In this document: positions 29,067-39,803 of the stretch, one piece after another
Numbering within the stretch: the stretch's first letter is position 1
Layout of the letters: each line of letters opens with the position of its first letter
DNA from: Shigella phage SP21535
Sequence record: PQ615101
Reading direction: 5' to 3' (one strand)
DNA: 64,000 nucleotides
Translations under genes and position numbers: made by a program
Notes under the pieces: generated by a model
What the model was told of the DNA's origin: nothing
The model's database searches: none
What the model saw: only the letters and a program-made list of their open reading frames with translations

Positions 29067-30382
29067 CATTTGATGATTTGACCGAAGGCCAGAAAAATGC
29101 CTTTAACATCGTTATGAGGGCTATTAAAGAAAAGAAACATCATGTAACTATTAATGGACCTGCTGGTACTGGTAAGACTACTCTTACTAAGTTCATCATT
29201 GAAGCCTTAATATCTACGGGCGAAACTGGCATTATTTTAGCAGCTCCTACTCATGCGGCTAAAAAGATTCTTTCAAAACTGTCAGGGAAAGAAGCGAGTA
29301 CTATTCACAGTATTCTCAAAATTAACCCAGTAACATACGAAGAAAACGTTCTTTTTGAGCAAAAAGAAGTACCGGATTTGGCTAAATGCAGAGTATTAAT
29401 CTGCGACGAAGTATCAATGTATGATAGAAAGCTATTTAAAATTTTGCTTTCAACCATCCCGCCATGGTGTACTATAATTGGAATAGGTGATAATAAGCAA
29501 ATTAGACCTGTTGACCCAGGAGAAAATACTGCTTATATCAGTCCATTCTTTACGCACAAAGATTTTTATCAGTGTGAACTCACCGAAGTTAAACGCAGTA
29601 ATGCTCCTATTATTGATGTAGCTACTGATGTTCGTAACGGTAAGTGGATTTATGATAAAATTGTTGACGGACATGGAGTACGTGGATTTACGGGTGATAC
29701 CGCTTTACGCGATTTTATGGTAAATTATTTTTCAATCGTAAAATCATTAGATGATTTGTTTGAAAATCGCGTAATGGCATTTACGAATAAATCTGTTGAT
29801 AAGTTAAATAGCATTATTCGCAAAAAGATTTTTGAAACTGATAAAGATTTTATCGTTGGTGAAATTATTGTAATGCAGGAACCATTAATTAAAACATATA
29901 AAATTGATGGAAAGCCTGTGTCAGAAATTATTTTTAATAACGGACAATTAGTTCGTATTATAGAAGCAGAGTATACATCGACGTTTGTTAAAGCTCGTGG
30001 TGTTCCTGGAGAATATCTAATTCGTCATTGGGATTTAACAGTAGAAACTTACGGCGATGATGAATATTATCGTGAAAAGATTAAAATAATTTCATCTGAT
30101 GAAGAGCTATATAAGTTTAACTTATTTTTAGGTAAAACGGCAGAAACTTATAAGAACTGGAATAAAGGCGGAAAAGCTCCGTGGAGTGATTTTTGGGATG
30201 CTAAATCACAGTTTAGTAAAGTGAAAGCACTTCCTGCATCAACATTCCATAAAGCTCAGGGTATGTCTGTAGACCGTGCTTTCATTTATACGCCTTGTAT
30301 TCATTATGCAGATGCTGAATTGGCCCAACAACTTCTTTATGTTGGTGTAACACGTGGTCGTTATGATGTATTTTATGTATGA
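29063..30382 (+). CDS. dda: Dda DNA helicase (SF1B)
   Basis: 439 aa; Walker A GPAGTGKTT, Walker B CDEVSM. Confidence 0.9.
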   Translation: MTFDDLTEGQKNAFNIVMRAIKEKKHHVTINGPAGTGKTTLTKFIIEALISTGETGIILAAPTHAAKKILSKLSGKEASTIHSILKINPVTYEENVLFEQKEVPDLAKCRVLICDEVSMYDRKLFKILLSTIPPWCTIIGIGDNKQIRPVDPGENTAYISPFFTHKDFYQCELTEVKRSNAPIIDVATDVRNGKWIYDKIVDGHGVRGFTGDTALRDFMVNYFSIVKSLDDLFENRVMAFTNKSVDKLNSIIRKKIFETDKDFIVGEIIVMQEPLIKTYKIDGKPVSEIIFNNGQLVRIIEAEYTSTFVKARGVPGEYLIRHWDLTVETYGDDEYYREKIKIISSDEELYKFNLFLGKTAETYKNWNKGGKAPWSDFWDAKSQFSKVKALPASTFHKAQGMSVDRAFIYTPCIHYADAELAQQLLYVGVTRGRYDVFYV

Positions 30383-30403
30383 TTAAATTTGAGGAAGCTA
30401 TTC

Positions 30404-30649
30404 GTGGAAATAACTAAAGATCAGTTTTATCTTCTTCAAGATAAAGTAAGCGAAATTTATGAAATTGCTCATGGTAAAAATCGTAAAACTGTAAAAATTG
30501 AATCTAGTAAGTTGATGCTTCAATTAGAAGAAATTGAACGAGATTTAATTGCGTTAGAATTCTTTTGCGGTGAAGTGAAAACTGTTACAATCAATGATTA
30601 CGTTTTAGGCGAAATTAGCTATCTTTATGAGGCGATTATTAATGATTGA
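30404..30649 (+). CDS. hypothetical small protein (paralog 1)
   Basis: GAGGAAG then GTG 30404; alternative TTG start at 30389. Confidence 0.45.
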   Translation: MEITKDQFYLLQDKVSEIYEIAHGKNRKTVKIESSKLMLQLEEIERDLIALEFFCGEVKTVTINDYVLGEISYLYEAIIND

Positions 30650-30884
30650 ATTAAGTTGGTGGCAGTTTAAATCTCTTATGACAAGTGTTAAAGATGTCAT
30701 TGAAGAAAATCCAGGTCCTGAAAATATTACTATTCGCGAAAAAGCTTCAAAGATAGTATACAGTCTTGAAGAGATACAAAAAGACATTGAATCTGTGGCA
30801 AAATTTATTGATGAGCCCATTAATAAAGTTTATATTCAAGACTATACTGTAGGTCAAATTCGCGATTTAGCAAGGAAAATTTAA
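30627..30884 (+). CDS. hypothetical small protein (paralog 2)
   Basis: Shares pattern with the preceding ORF (LEEIERDL / LEEIQKDI; INDYVLGEI / IQDYTVGQI); alternative start 30642. Confidence 0.45.
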   Translation: MRRLLMIELSWWQFKSLMTSVKDVIEENPGPENITIREKASKIVYSLEEIQKDIESVAKFIDEPINKVYIQDYTVGQIRDLARKI

Positions 30885-31567
30885 TGTTTGATTTTATTAT
30901 AGATTTTGAAACAATGGGAAGCGGTGAAAAGGCAGCTGTTATTGATTTGGCTGTTATTGCCTTTGACCCTAATCCAGAAGTAGTTGAAACGTTTGATGAA
31001 TTAGTTTCACGCGGCATTAAAATCAAGTTTGATTTAAAAAGCCAAAAAGGACATCGTCTTTTTACTAAAAGCACTATCGAATGGTGGAAGAATCAATCTC
31101 CTGAAGCTAGAAAAAATATTGCACCATCAGATGAAGATGTAAGCACTATCGATGGTATTGCAAAATTTAATGATTACATCAATGCACATAATATTGATCC
31201 TTGGAAATCTCAAGGCTGGTGCCGTGGAATGTCGTTTGATTTTCCAATTTTAGTCGATCTCATTCGCGATATTCAACGTCTTAATGGCGTTTCTGAGAAT
31301 GAGCTTGATACGTTTAAGTTAGAACCATGTAAATTTTGGAATCAGCGTGATATTCGTACCAGAATTGAAGCACTTCTGCTTGTTCGTGATATGACAACGT
31401 GTCCCCTTCCAAAGGGAACTTTAGATGGATTTGTTGCGCATAATTCTATTCATGACTGTGCGAAAGACATCCTGATGATGAAGTATGCTTTGCGATATGC
31501 TATGGGTCTTGAAGATGCTCCGTCAGAAGAAGAGTGCGATCCTCTATCTCTTCCAACAAAACGATAA
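30884..31567 (+). CDS. dexA: exonuclease A (DEDD 3'-5' exonuclease)
   Basis: 227 aa; N-terminal FIIDFET... acidic motif; recognised as T4 DexA. Confidence 0.85.
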   Translation: MFDFIIDFETMGSGEKAAVIDLAVIAFDPNPEVVETFDELVSRGIKIKFDLKSQKGHRLFTKSTIEWWKNQSPEARKNIAPSDEDVSTIDGIAKFNDYINAHNIDPWKSQGWCRGMSFDFPILVDLIRDIQRLNGVSENELDTFKLEPCKFWNQRDIRTRIEALLLVRDMTTCPLPKGTLDGFVAHNSIHDCAKDILMMKYALRYAMGLEDAPSEEECDPLSLPTKR

Positions 31568-31573
31568 AAAGTT

Positions 31574-31603
31574 GTTTACTTCCTCGGTTAGTTGTGGTAT
31601 TAT
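31574..31603 (+). promoter_or_regulatory. T4-type early promoter
   Basis: aaaaagttGTTTAC, 18-bp spacer, TATTAT. Confidence 0.6.
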
Positions 31604-31630
31604 AACACCATAGCTACTGAGGATAATAAA

Positions 31631-32131
31631 ATGAAAATTTATCGTGTTGAATCATCGTTTAGTATTCTTGATTATGAAGATGCTATAACAATACGTCGAA
31701 ATCTTTGTGTTCAAATAACGCCGTACAGGAGTATAATAGATTCATGGAGCGAAGAGTGGCTATTACACGTAGGTTATGACAGACCTAATTTTATGCATCA
31801 TAGTAATGATAATAAAAGAATTCCTCTTCCACATGAAGACAAATTATTAGTTAAAAATGCTAATATCGTAATTAATACTAAGTTCAAGAAAGATTATGTT
31901 GGAGTAGAATATCATATTCCAGGATGGTTTATAGGTCTTTATCATTTTGCTTTCGCTAGCGAATATGATATGATGAGATGGTTCACACGAGAAGAGCGTG
32001 AAGAATTATCTTCTAAGGGATTTTATCTTGCTGTATACGAAGTGCCAGATGACCAAGTTATCATTGGCGGACGCCAAGTAATGTTCCGCAAATCGCATGC
32101 TGAACTCGTAGATTTTATTGAAATGAGATAA
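31631..32131 (+). CDS. hypothetical protein
   Basis: ATG 31631 after GAGGATAATAAA; 166 aa. Confidence 0.5.
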   Translation: MKIYRVESSFSILDYEDAITIRRNLCVQITPYRSIIDSWSEEWLLHVGYDRPNFMHHSNDNKRIPLPHEDKLLVKNANIVINTKFKKDYVGVEYHIPGWFIGLYHFAFASEYDMMRWFTREEREELSSKGFYLAVYEVPDDQVIIGGRQVMFRKSHAELVDFIEMR

Positions 32132-32133
32132 TT

Positions 32134-32676
32134 ATGAAATTTAATTATAATCCTGAATACACTCCAAATCCGGTAGCTAAACTGATTGATTTTGATGTTG
32201 TAAGCACTTATGTATGCCCTGTTAAACCGCTGGAAATTAAGGAACCTACTATGACTACCGCTATTGAAATCGGCAAAACTTACAAACTGGTTGAACCTAA
32301 AATTAAAACTAATGCCTTGATTTCCGGCCATAAAACTCTGACTGTTGTTTTTGGCGAAGGCGAATTTATTGTTGAAGACTTTGAAAAAAGTAAATGGTTT
32401 ACTAAATCTTATATTGTCCACGGTCGTCGTTTAGACAATAACAAAATAGAGAAAATCCTGGTTTATGAAGAAGAGTTCATCCTGTTCCAAGAAGTTGAAG
32501 AACAAGACCCTACTGACCTTCTAACTCGTGCTGTAGCTATTAAGACCCCATTTGTTTCGGTCTGTGGTTGGGTAACAGACCAGTGGATTGAAGATGGCGT
32601 TGAACTTCTGAATGTTGTTCATGCAGGTGATTTTAGTGTAGTACCTCGTAGTGCAGTGGTAGCTATTTTGAATTAA
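32134..32676 (+). CDS. hypothetical protein (paralog pair member A)
   Basis: 180 aa; C-terminal TDQWIEDGVELLNVVHAGDFSVVP. Confidence 0.5.
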   Translation: MKFNYNPEYTPNPVAKLIDFDVVSTYVCPVKPLEIKEPTMTTAIEIGKTYKLVEPKIKTNALISGHKTLTVVFGEGEFIVEDFEKSKWFTKSYIVHGRRLDNNKIEKILVYEEEFILFQEVEEQDPTDLLTRAVAIKTPFVSVCGWVTDQWIEDGVELLNVVHAGDFSVVPRSAVVAILN

Positions 32677-32678
32677 TA

Positions 32679-32708
32679 GTTTACAAACTCTTGGGACCAG
32701 AGTATAAT
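32679..32708 (+). promoter_or_regulatory. T4-type early promoter
   Basis: GTTTAC, 18-bp spacer, TATAAT; -10 in loop of GGACC/GGTCC inverted repeat. Confidence 0.65.
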
Positions 32709-32752
32709 GGTCCTGTGGAGTATAAAATCTTTTTAACAAGTGAGAGATAACT

Positions 32753-33250
32753 ATGATTATTAATATTGGTGAAATTGCTCGTGTATCTGATAAATCCCGT
32801 TCTAAAGCAGCAGGAAAATTGGTCGAAATTGTAAGCATTCAGCTTAAACATGGTGTTAAAGATGAAGATTCTGAAGTAAAAGTGCGTATCATTCCTAAAG
32901 ATGGAAAGTCTAAACCTCAGTTTGGCTATGTTCGTGCGAAATTTCTTGAATCTGCGTTTTTGAAAGCTGTTCCCGCTAAAGGAATTGAAACGATTGATAC
33001 TTCGCATGTAGGTGTAGACTTTAAGTGGAAACTCGGTCAAGCTATTAAGTTCATTGCTCCTTATGAATTCGAATTTACCGAAGATGAGGAAGGGATTGTT
33101 CAAAAACATCGTACTCGTGCTATGTGTGCATACATTACCGATCAATGGGTAGAAGATGGCGTTAAGTTGTACAACGCGGTATTTTTAGGAACATACAAAG
33201 TCATTCCTGAAAGCTGGATTAAACACTATAGCAAAGCTCGCTGTGCATAA
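32753..33250 (+). CDS. hypothetical protein (paralog pair member B)
   Basis: 165 aa; C-terminal TDQWVEDGVKLYNAVFLGTYKVIP. Confidence 0.5.
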   Translation: MIINIGEIARVSDKSRSKAAGKLVEIVSIQLKHGVKDEDSEVKVRIIPKDGKSKPQFGYVRAKFLESAFLKAVPAKGIETIDTSHVGVDFKWKLGQAIKFIAPYEFEFTEDEEGIVQKHRTRAMCAYITDQWVEDGVKLYNAVFLGTYKVIPESWIKHYSKARCA

Positions 33251-33422
33251 AGTTTAAAATTTTTTCATAAAACTATATACATCAGTAGTTGATTATGGTA
33301 CTATATCAATATCAACTACTGATACAGAAAACAACTTGGAGAATAAAATGGATAATTCGTTAAAGGTGCTGATACTCTTCTGAAACGCATCGCTCCAATG
33401 TTCAATTAATGAGGAAATTGTA

Positions 33423-33638
33423 ATGAAACGTAAAATTGTTCAGAATTGCACTAATGATGAATTTGAAGATGTATTATTTGATCCAAATTTGGTAGTAGTT
33501 CAAAAGGAACATACTAGCAAGTTTACTCACTTGACTTCTGTTTATGTGTATGAGAAAGTCGGTGATAAACAACCAATTTATGGCGTATTTCGTGAAATCA
33601 CTGAAGACGGTACAACTTACTGGAAGGAAATTTATTAA
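33423..33638 (+). CDS. hypothetical protein
   Basis: 71-codon ORF. Confidence 0.45.
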   Translation: MKRKIVQNCTNDEFEDVLFDPNLVVVQKEHTSKFTHLTSVYVYEKVGDKQPIYGVFREITEDGTTYWKEIY

Positions 33639-34063
33639 TGGCTATTAAATTTGAAGTTAATAAATGGTATCAATTTAAAAATAAACAAGCTCAAGAAAAA
33701 TTTATTAAATATCATACTGAAAACGGAATTTATGCACGACGTTTAGGTATGGAACCTTTTAGAGTTACAGATATTGACTATCTTGGTCGTCCTACTAAAC
33801 TTGTGACATCTAGTGGAAAATTGGCGTTATCTTCTGGTAAAGATATTTTGGATGAAGATTTTATCTGGCTTTCAGCGAGCGAAGCTGAATTCTTTGATGA
33901 AGTTGAAAATCCATACCAGGCAGCTGAAGAGCAAGAGCAGGAAGAGAAAGAGCAAGAACAAATAGAAGATTTCACAGAATTCCCGGTAATGAAAGTTACT
34001 ATTGAAAATAATGAACAAGCATGGTCCTTGTATCAGATGTTGAAAGCTCACTTTAAGGAATAA
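33638..34063 (+). CDS. hypothetical protein with acidic Glu/Gln-rich segment
   Basis: 141 aa; [18 protein letters not shown]. Confidence 0.5.
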   Translation: MAIKFEVNKWYQFKNKQAQEKFIKYHTENGIYARRLGMEPFRVTDIDYLGRPTKLVTSSGKLALSSGKDILDEDFIWLSASEAEFFDEVENPYQAAEEQEQEEKEQEQIEDFTEFPVMKVTIENNEQAWSLYQMLKAHFKE

Positions 34064-34065
34064 TT

Positions 34066-34242
34066 ATGCCGCTTTATGATTATAAATGTCAATCCAAAGA
34101 CTGTGCAAAAGAATACGAAAAAATCAAGAAAATTTCTGAAAGGGATACTGATGTATGTCCTGATTGTCATCGGATTGCTATTCGGTTAGTTTCCGCTCCT
34201 AAGCATGTGAATGGTGGATTTTACGACTTGCTTAAAGGGTAA
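34066..34242 (+). CDS. zinc-ribbon small protein (FmdB-like)
   Basis: 58 aa; YDYKC..C and CPDC Cys pairs. Confidence 0.45.
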   Translation: MPLYDYKCQSKDCAKEYEKIKKISERDTDVCPDCHRIAIRLVSAPKHVNGGFYDLLKG

Positions 34243-34244
34243 TT

Positions 34245-34505
34245 ATGAAATATATTAATCGTTCTATTGCAGCATTAGTATTAGCAGTGTCTTTAGTAGG
34301 ATGTACTGATGCTGATAATGCAACTAAAGTTTTGTCTTCAAGTGGTTTTACTAATATTGAAATCACTGGATATAATTGGTTCGGTTGCTCTGAAAATGAT
34401 TTCCAGCATACTGGATTTCGTGCTATTGGACCTACTGGGCAGAAAGTAGAAGGAACAGTATGTTCTGGACTATTCTTCAAGGATTCGACTATTCGTTTTA
34501 AATAA
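34245..34505 (+). CDS. predicted lipoprotein
   Basis: Signal peptide + lipobox LVGC. Confidence 0.55.
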   Translation: MKYINRSIAALVLAVSLVGCTDADNATKVLSSSGFTNIEITGYNWFGCSENDFQHTGFRAIGPTGQKVEGTVCSGLFFKDSTIRFK

Positions 34506-34523
34506 AAGGCCTTCGGGCCTTTA
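34505..34523 (+). terminator. UUCG-tetraloop hairpin terminator
   Basis: AAGGCC-TTCG-GGCCTT + T. Confidence 0.5.
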
Positions 34524-34574
34524 GCTTTATGATTATTGGAGTATAATATTCCCGAAACCAAACGAGGATAAGTG

Positions 34575-36392
34575 ATGATTAAGAATGAAATTAAAATTCT
34601 GAGCGATATTGAACATATCAAAAAGCGTAGCGGCATGTACATTGGCTCTTCAGCTAATGAAATGCATGAGCGCTTTCTGTTTGGTAAATGGGAAAGTGTT
34701 CAGTATGTACCTGGTCTTGTTAAGCTTATTGATGAAATTATCGATAACTCAGTAGATGAAGGTATTCGTACTAAGTTTAAATTCGCAAATAAAATTAATG
34801 TTACTATTAAAAACAATCAAGTAACAGTTGAAGATAACGGTCGCGGTATTCCACAGGCGATGGTTAAAACACCTACCGGTGAAGAAATTCCTGGTCCTGT
34901 TGCTGCATGGACTATTCCAAAAGCAGGTGGTAACTTCGGTGATGATAAAGAACGCGTCACTGGCGGTATGAATGGTGTTGGTTCTAGTTTGACAAACATT
35001 TTTTCTGTGATGTTTGTCGGTGAAACTGGTGATGGTCAAAATAATATTGTAGTTCGTTGTTCAAATGGCATGGAAAATAAATCATGGGAAGATATTCCTG
35101 GAAAATGGAAAGGAACCCGTGTTACTTTCATTCCTGATTTTATGTCATTTGAAACTAATGAGTTGTCCCAAGTTTATCTTGACATTACACTAGATCGTCT
35201 CCAGACACTTGCTGTTGTTTATCCTGATATTCAATTTACCTTTAATGGTAAAAAGGTTCAGGGCAATTTTAAGAAATATGCACGACAGTATGATGAACAT
35301 GCTATCGTTCAAGAACAAGAAAATTGTTCTATTGCGGTTGGTCGTTCACCGGATGGATTTCGTCAATTAACATACGTCAATAACATTCATACTAAGAATG
35401 GTGGTCATCACATTGACTGTGTTATGGATGATATTTGTGAAGACCTTATTCCGCAAATCAAACGTAAATTCAAAATTGATGTAACTAAAGCACGTGTTAA
35501 AGAATGTTTGACTATCGTTATGTTTGTTCGTGATATGAAAAACATGCGGTTTGATTCTCAGACTAAAGAGCGTTTAACTTCTCCTTTTGGTGAAATTCGT
35601 AGTCATATTCAGCTTGATGCTAAAAAGATTTCACGCGCTATTCTAAATAATGAAGCAATTCTAATGCCGATTATCGAAGCTGCTTTGGCTCGTAAATTGG
35701 CGGCAGAAAAAGCAGCAGAAACTAAAGCAGCTAAAAAGGCTTCTAAAGCTAAGGTTCATAAACATATCAAAGCGAATCTTTGTGGTAAAGATGCTGACAC
35801 TACTCTTTTCTTGACTGAGGGCGATTCTGCTATCGGATATCTTATTGATGTTCGTGATAAAGAACTTCATGGTGGTTATCCATTGCGTGGTAAAGTTCTC
35901 AACAGTTGGGGTATGTCATATGCCGATATGCTTAAAAACAAAGAACTGTTTGATATTTGCGCAATCACTGGATTAGTTCTTGGCGAAAAGGCAGAGAATA
36001 CGAACTATCGTAATATTGCAATTATGACTGACGCAGATCACGACGGTCTTGGAAGTATCTATCCGGCTTTGCTTGCTTTCTTTAGTAATTGGCCTGAATT
36101 GTTTGAACAAGGACGTATTCGCTTTGTCAAAACTCCTGTAATCATCGCTCAGGTCGGTAAAAAACAAGAATGGTTTTATACAGTCGCTGAATATGAGAGT
36201 GCCAAAGATACACTGCCTAAGCATAGTATTCGATACATCAAGGGATTGGGCTCACTTCAGCGGGATGAATATAAAGAAATGATTCAAAACCCTGTGTACG
36301 ACGTAGTTAAACTTCCTGAGAACTGGAAAGAGCTTTTTGAAATGCTCATGGGAGATAATGCTGACCTTCGCAAAGAATGGATGAGCCAATAG
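34575..36392 (+). CDS. 39: DNA topoisomerase II large subunit gp39 (GyrB-like ATPase + Toprim), contiguous
   Basis: 605 aa; GHKL ATPase motifs at N-terminus and Toprim IMTDADHDG plus ...ADLRKEWMSQ at C-terminus in a single ORF. Confidence 0.9.
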   Translation: MIKNEIKILSDIEHIKKRSGMYIGSSANEMHERFLFGKWESVQYVPGLVKLIDEIIDNSVDEGIRTKFKFANKINVTIKNNQVTVEDNGRGIPQAMVKTPTGEEIPGPVAAWTIPKAGGNFGDDKERVTGGMNGVGSSLTNIFSVMFVGETGDGQNNIVVRCSNGMENKSWEDIPGKWKGTRVTFIPDFMSFETNELSQVYLDITLDRLQTLAVVYPDIQFTFNGKKVQGNFKKYARQYDEHAIVQEQENCSIAVGRSPDGFRQLTYVNNIHTKNGGHHIDCVMDDICEDLIPQIKRKFKIDVTKARVKECLTIVMFVRDMKNMRFDSQTKERLTSPFGEIRSHIQLDAKKISRAILNNEAILMPIIEAALARKLAAEKAAETKAAKKASKAKVHKHIKANLCGKDADTTLFLTEGDSAIGYLIDVRDKELHGGYPLRGKVLNSWGMSYADMLKNKELFDICAITGLVLGEKAENTNYRNIAIMTDADHDGLGSIYPALLAFFSNWPELFEQGRIRFVKTPVIIAQVGKKQEWFYTVAEYESAKDTLPKHSIRYIKGLGSLQRDEYKEMIQNPVYDVVKLPENWKELFEMLMGDNADLRKEWMSQ

Positions 36393-36421
36393 TTTACTTT
36401 ACCACAAGGATGTGGTATAAT
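36392..36421 (+). promoter_or_regulatory. T4-type early promoter
   Basis: GTTTAC, 18-bp spacer, TATAAT. Confidence 0.65.
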
Positions 36422-36446
36422 TAATTGGGCAAATGAGGATATTGAA

Positions 36447-36650
36447 ATGAAATCATATAAAGTAAATTTAGAACTTTTTGATAAAGCAGTTCATCGAGAA
36501 TATAGAATCATTCAACGCTTTTTCGATATGGGAGAAGCCGAAGAATTTAAAAACCGCTTTAAAGATATTAGAGATAAAATTCAATCCGACACCGCAACTA
36601 AAGACGAACTACTAGAAGTTGCTGAAGTTATTAAGCGTAATATGAATTAA
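36447..36650 (+). CDS. hypothetical small protein
   Basis: 67-codon ORF upstream of rIIA. Confidence 0.45.
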   Translation: MKSYKVNLELFDKAVHREYRIIQRFFDMGEAEEFKNRFKDIRDKIQSDTATKDELLEVAEVIKRNMN

Positions 36651-36660
36651 TGAGGAAATT

Positions 36661-38838
36661 ATGATTATCACCACTGAAAAAGAAACAATTCTTGGTAATG
36701 GTTCTAAATCAAAAGCATTTAGCATCACAGCATCTCCTAAAGTATTTAAAATTCTGTCATCTGATTTGTATACAAACAAGATTCGCGCAGTAGTCCGTGA
36801 ATTGATTACTAACATGATTGATGCCCATGCTCTTAATGGAAATCCTGAAAAATTTATCATTCAAGTTCCTGGACGTTTAGATCCACGATTTGTTTGCCGA
36901 GATTTTGGTCCGGGTATGAGTGATTTTGATATTCAGGGTGATGATAATTCTCCTGGTTTGTATAATTCATACTTCAGTTCATCTAAGGCTGAATCTAACG
37001 ATTTCATTGGTGGATTTGGTTTAGGTTCTAAATCTCCGTTTAGTTATACTGATACATTTAGTATTACTTCATATCATAAAGGCGAAATTCGTGGTTATGT
37101 AGCTTACATGGATGGTGATGGCCCACAGATTAAACCTACATTCGTAAAAGAAATGGGTCCAGATGATAAAACTGGTATTGAAATCGTAGTTCCAGTTGAA
37201 GAAAAAGACTTTAGAAACTTTGCTTATGAAGTTTCTTATATCATGCGACCATTTAAAGATTTGGCTATCATTAATGGTCTTGACCGCGAAATTGATTATT
37301 TTCCGGATTTTGATGACTATTACGGTGTAAATCCAGAAAGATACTGGCCTGATCGCGGTGGATTATATGCTATCTACGGTGGTATTGTTTATCCTATTGA
37401 TGGTGTTATTAGAGACCGTAACTGGTTAAGCGTCCGTAATGAAGTGAATTACATTAAGTTTCCAATGGGTTCACTTGATATTGCTCCATCGCGTGAGGCT
37501 CTTTCACTGGATGATCGTACTCGTAAAAATATTATTGAGCGCGTTAAAGAGCTTAGTGAGAAGGCATTTAATGAAGATGTAAAACGATTTAAAGAATCTA
37601 CATCTCCTCGTCATACATACCGTGAATTGATGAAGATGGGATATTCTGCTCGAGATTATATGATTAGTAATTCGGTCAAATTCACGACTAAAAATCTGTC
37701 ATATAAGAAGATGCAAAGCATGTTTGAACCTGACAGTAAGTTATGCAATGCAGGGGTTGTGTATGAAGTAAATCTTGACCCTCGACTGAAACGCATTAAG
37801 CAAAGCCATGAAACTTCAGCCATTGCATCAAGTTATCGTCTGTTTGGCATTAATACAACAAAAATTAATATCGTTATTGATAATATTAAAAATCGTGTTA
37901 ATATTGTCCGTGGATTAGCACATGCGTTAGATGATAGTGAATTTAATAACACTTTGAATATTCATCATAATGAGCGTCTTCTGTTTATTAATCCGGAAGT
38001 AGAATCGCAGATTGATTTACTCCCTGATATTATGGCAATGTTTGAAAGTGATGAAGTTAACATTCATTATTTGTCAGAAATTGAAGCTTTAGTTAAAAGT
38101 TATATTCCGAAGGCAGTTAAAAGTAAAGCTTCTCGTCCTAAAGCTGCTACTGCGTTTAAGTTTGAAATTAAAGACGGGCGCTGGGAAAAAGAGGAATTAT
38201 TTACGCTCACATCAGAAGCAGATGAAATTACTGGTTATGTAGCGTATATGCATCGTTCTGATATTTTCTCTATGGATGGTACTACATCTCTCTGTCATCC
38301 ATCTATGAATATTTTGATTCGTATGGCTAATCTTATTGGCATTAATGAATTTTATGTTATTCGTCCGCTTTTACAGAAAAAGGTAAAAGAACTCGGTCAG
38401 TGCCAATGTATTTTTGAAGCTTTGCGTGATTTATATGTAGATGCTTTTGATGATGTAGATTATGATAAGTATGTAGGTTATTCAAGTTCAGCTAAACGAT
38501 ATATTGATAAAATTATCAAGTATCCTGAGTTAGATTTTATGATGAAGTACTTCAGTGTAGATGAAGTTTCTGAAGAATATACACGACTTGCTAATATGGT
38601 TAGTTCATTACAGGGTGTATATTTTAATGGTGGAAGAGATACCATCGGTCATGACATCTGGACAGTAACTAATCTTTTTGATGTATTATCAAATAATGCT
38701 TCAAAAAACAGTGATAAAATGGTTGCTGAGTTTACCAAGAAATTCCGTATTGTTTCCGACTTCATCGGATATCGCAACTCTTTAAGTGATGATGAAGTTT
38801 CTCAAATCGCTAAAACTATGAAGGCCCTTGCGGCCTAA
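36661..38838 (+). CDS. rIIA: rIIA protein
   Basis: 725 aa; N-terminal [20 protein letters not shown]... recognised as rIIA. Confidence 0.9.
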   Translation: MIITTEKETILGNGSKSKAFSITASPKVFKILSSDLYTNKIRAVVRELITNMIDAHALNGNPEKFIIQVPGRLDPRFVCRDFGPGMSDFDIQGDDNSPGLYNSYFSSSKAESNDFIGGFGLGSKSPFSYTDTFSITSYHKGEIRGYVAYMDGDGPQIKPTFVKEMGPDDKTGIEIVVPVEEKDFRNFAYEVSYIMRPFKDLAIINGLDREIDYFPDFDDYYGVNPERYWPDRGGLYAIYGGIVYPIDGVIRDRNWLSVRNEVNYIKFPMGSLDIAPSREALSLDDRTRKNIIERVKELSEKAFNEDVKRFKESTSPRHTYRELMKMGYSARDYMISNSVKFTTKNLSYKKMQSMFEPDSKLCNAGVVYEVNLDPRLKRIKQSHETSAIASSYRLFGINTTKINIVIDNIKNRVNIVRGLAHALDDSEFNNTLNIHHNERLLFINPEVESQIDLLPDIMAMFESDEVNIHYLSEIEALVKSYIPKAVKSKASRPKAATAFKFEIKDGRWEKEELFTLTSEADEITGYVAYMHRSDIFSMDGTTSLCHPSMNILIRMANLIGINEFYVIRPLLQKKVKELGQCQCIFEALRDLYVDAFDDVDYDKYVGYSSSAKRYIDKIIKYPELDFMMKYFSVDEVSEEYTRLANMVSSLQGVYFNGGRDTIGHDIWTVTNLFDVLSNNASKNSDKMVAEFTKKFRIVSDFIGYRNSLSDDEVSQIAKTMKALAA

Positions 38839-38849
38839 TAAGGAAAATT

Positions 38850-39788
38850 ATGTACAATATTAAATGCCTGACCAAAAACGAACAAGCTGAAATTGTTAAA
38901 CTGTATTCAAGTGGTAATTACACTCAGCAGGAATTAGCTTATTGGAAGGATGTATCGGTTGACACAATCCGTCGTGTTTTGAAAAATGCTGAAGAAGCTA
39001 AACGCCCTAAAGTTACTATTAGCGGTGATATTACAGTTAAAGTTAGTAGCGATGCAGTTATTGCTCCGGTTGCTAAATCTGACATTATTTGGAATGCATC
39101 TAAAAAATTCATTTCAATTACTGTTGACGGTGTAACTTATAACGCAACTCCTAATACTCATTCAAACTTCCAGGAAATTCTTAATCTGCTTGTTGCAGAT
39201 AAATTGGAAGAAGCGGCACAAAAAATTAATGTTCGTCGCGCCGTTGAAAAATATATTTCTGGTGATGTTCGAATTGAAGGTGGAAGCCTGTTCTATCAAA
39301 ATATTGAATTGCGGTCTGGTTTAGTTGATCGTATTCTCGATTCGATGGAAAAAGGTGAAAACTTTGAATTTTATTTTCCGTTCCTGGAAAATCTGTTGGA
39401 AAACCCAAGCCAAAAAGCAGTATCTCGACTCTTTGATTTCTTGGTAGCAAACGATATTGAAATCACCGAAGATGGTTACTTCTATGCTTGGAAAGTAGTT
39501 CGTGACAACTACTTTGACTGTCACTCAAACACCTTTGATAACAGTCCGGGTAAAGTAGTTAAAATGCCACGTACTCGTGTGAATGACGATGATACACAAA
39601 CTTGTTCTCATGGTCTGCACGTGTGTTCTAAATCTTATATTCGTCACTTTGGCAGTTCAACCAGCCGAGTTGTAAAAGTTAAAGTACATCCGCGTGATGT
39701 AGTATCAATTCCGATTGATTACAACGATGCTAAAATGCGTACCTGCCAATACGAAGTAGTTGAAGACGTTACTGAACAATTCAAATAA
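38850..39788 (+). CDS. rIIB: rIIB protein
   Basis: 312 aa immediately after rIIA. Confidence 0.9.
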   Translation: MYNIKCLTKNEQAEIVKLYSSGNYTQQELAYWKDVSVDTIRRVLKNAEEAKRPKVTISGDITVKVSSDAVIAPVAKSDIIWNASKKFISITVDGVTYNATPNTHSNFQEILNLLVADKLEEAAQKINVRRAVEKYISGDVRIEGGSLFYQNIELRSGLVDRILDSMEKGENFEFYFPFLENLLENPSQKAVSRLFDFLVANDIEITEDGYFYAWKVVRDNYFDCHSNTFDNSPGKVVKMPRTRVNDDDTQTCSHGLHVCSKSYIRHFGSSTSRVVKVKVHPRDVVSIPIDYNDAKMRTCQYEVVEDVTEQFK

Positions 39789-39803
39789 GGGCTTCGGCCC
39801 TTA
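39787..39803 (+). terminator. UUCG-tetraloop hairpin after rIIB
   Basis: AAGGGC-TTCG-GCCCTT. Confidence 0.5.

Noticed and set aside
34575-36392. Gene 60-type translational bypass (hop) element
   Set aside because: Looked for a stop codon and take-off/landing GGA pair in the Toprim region; the reading frame is continuous, so no bypass is present.
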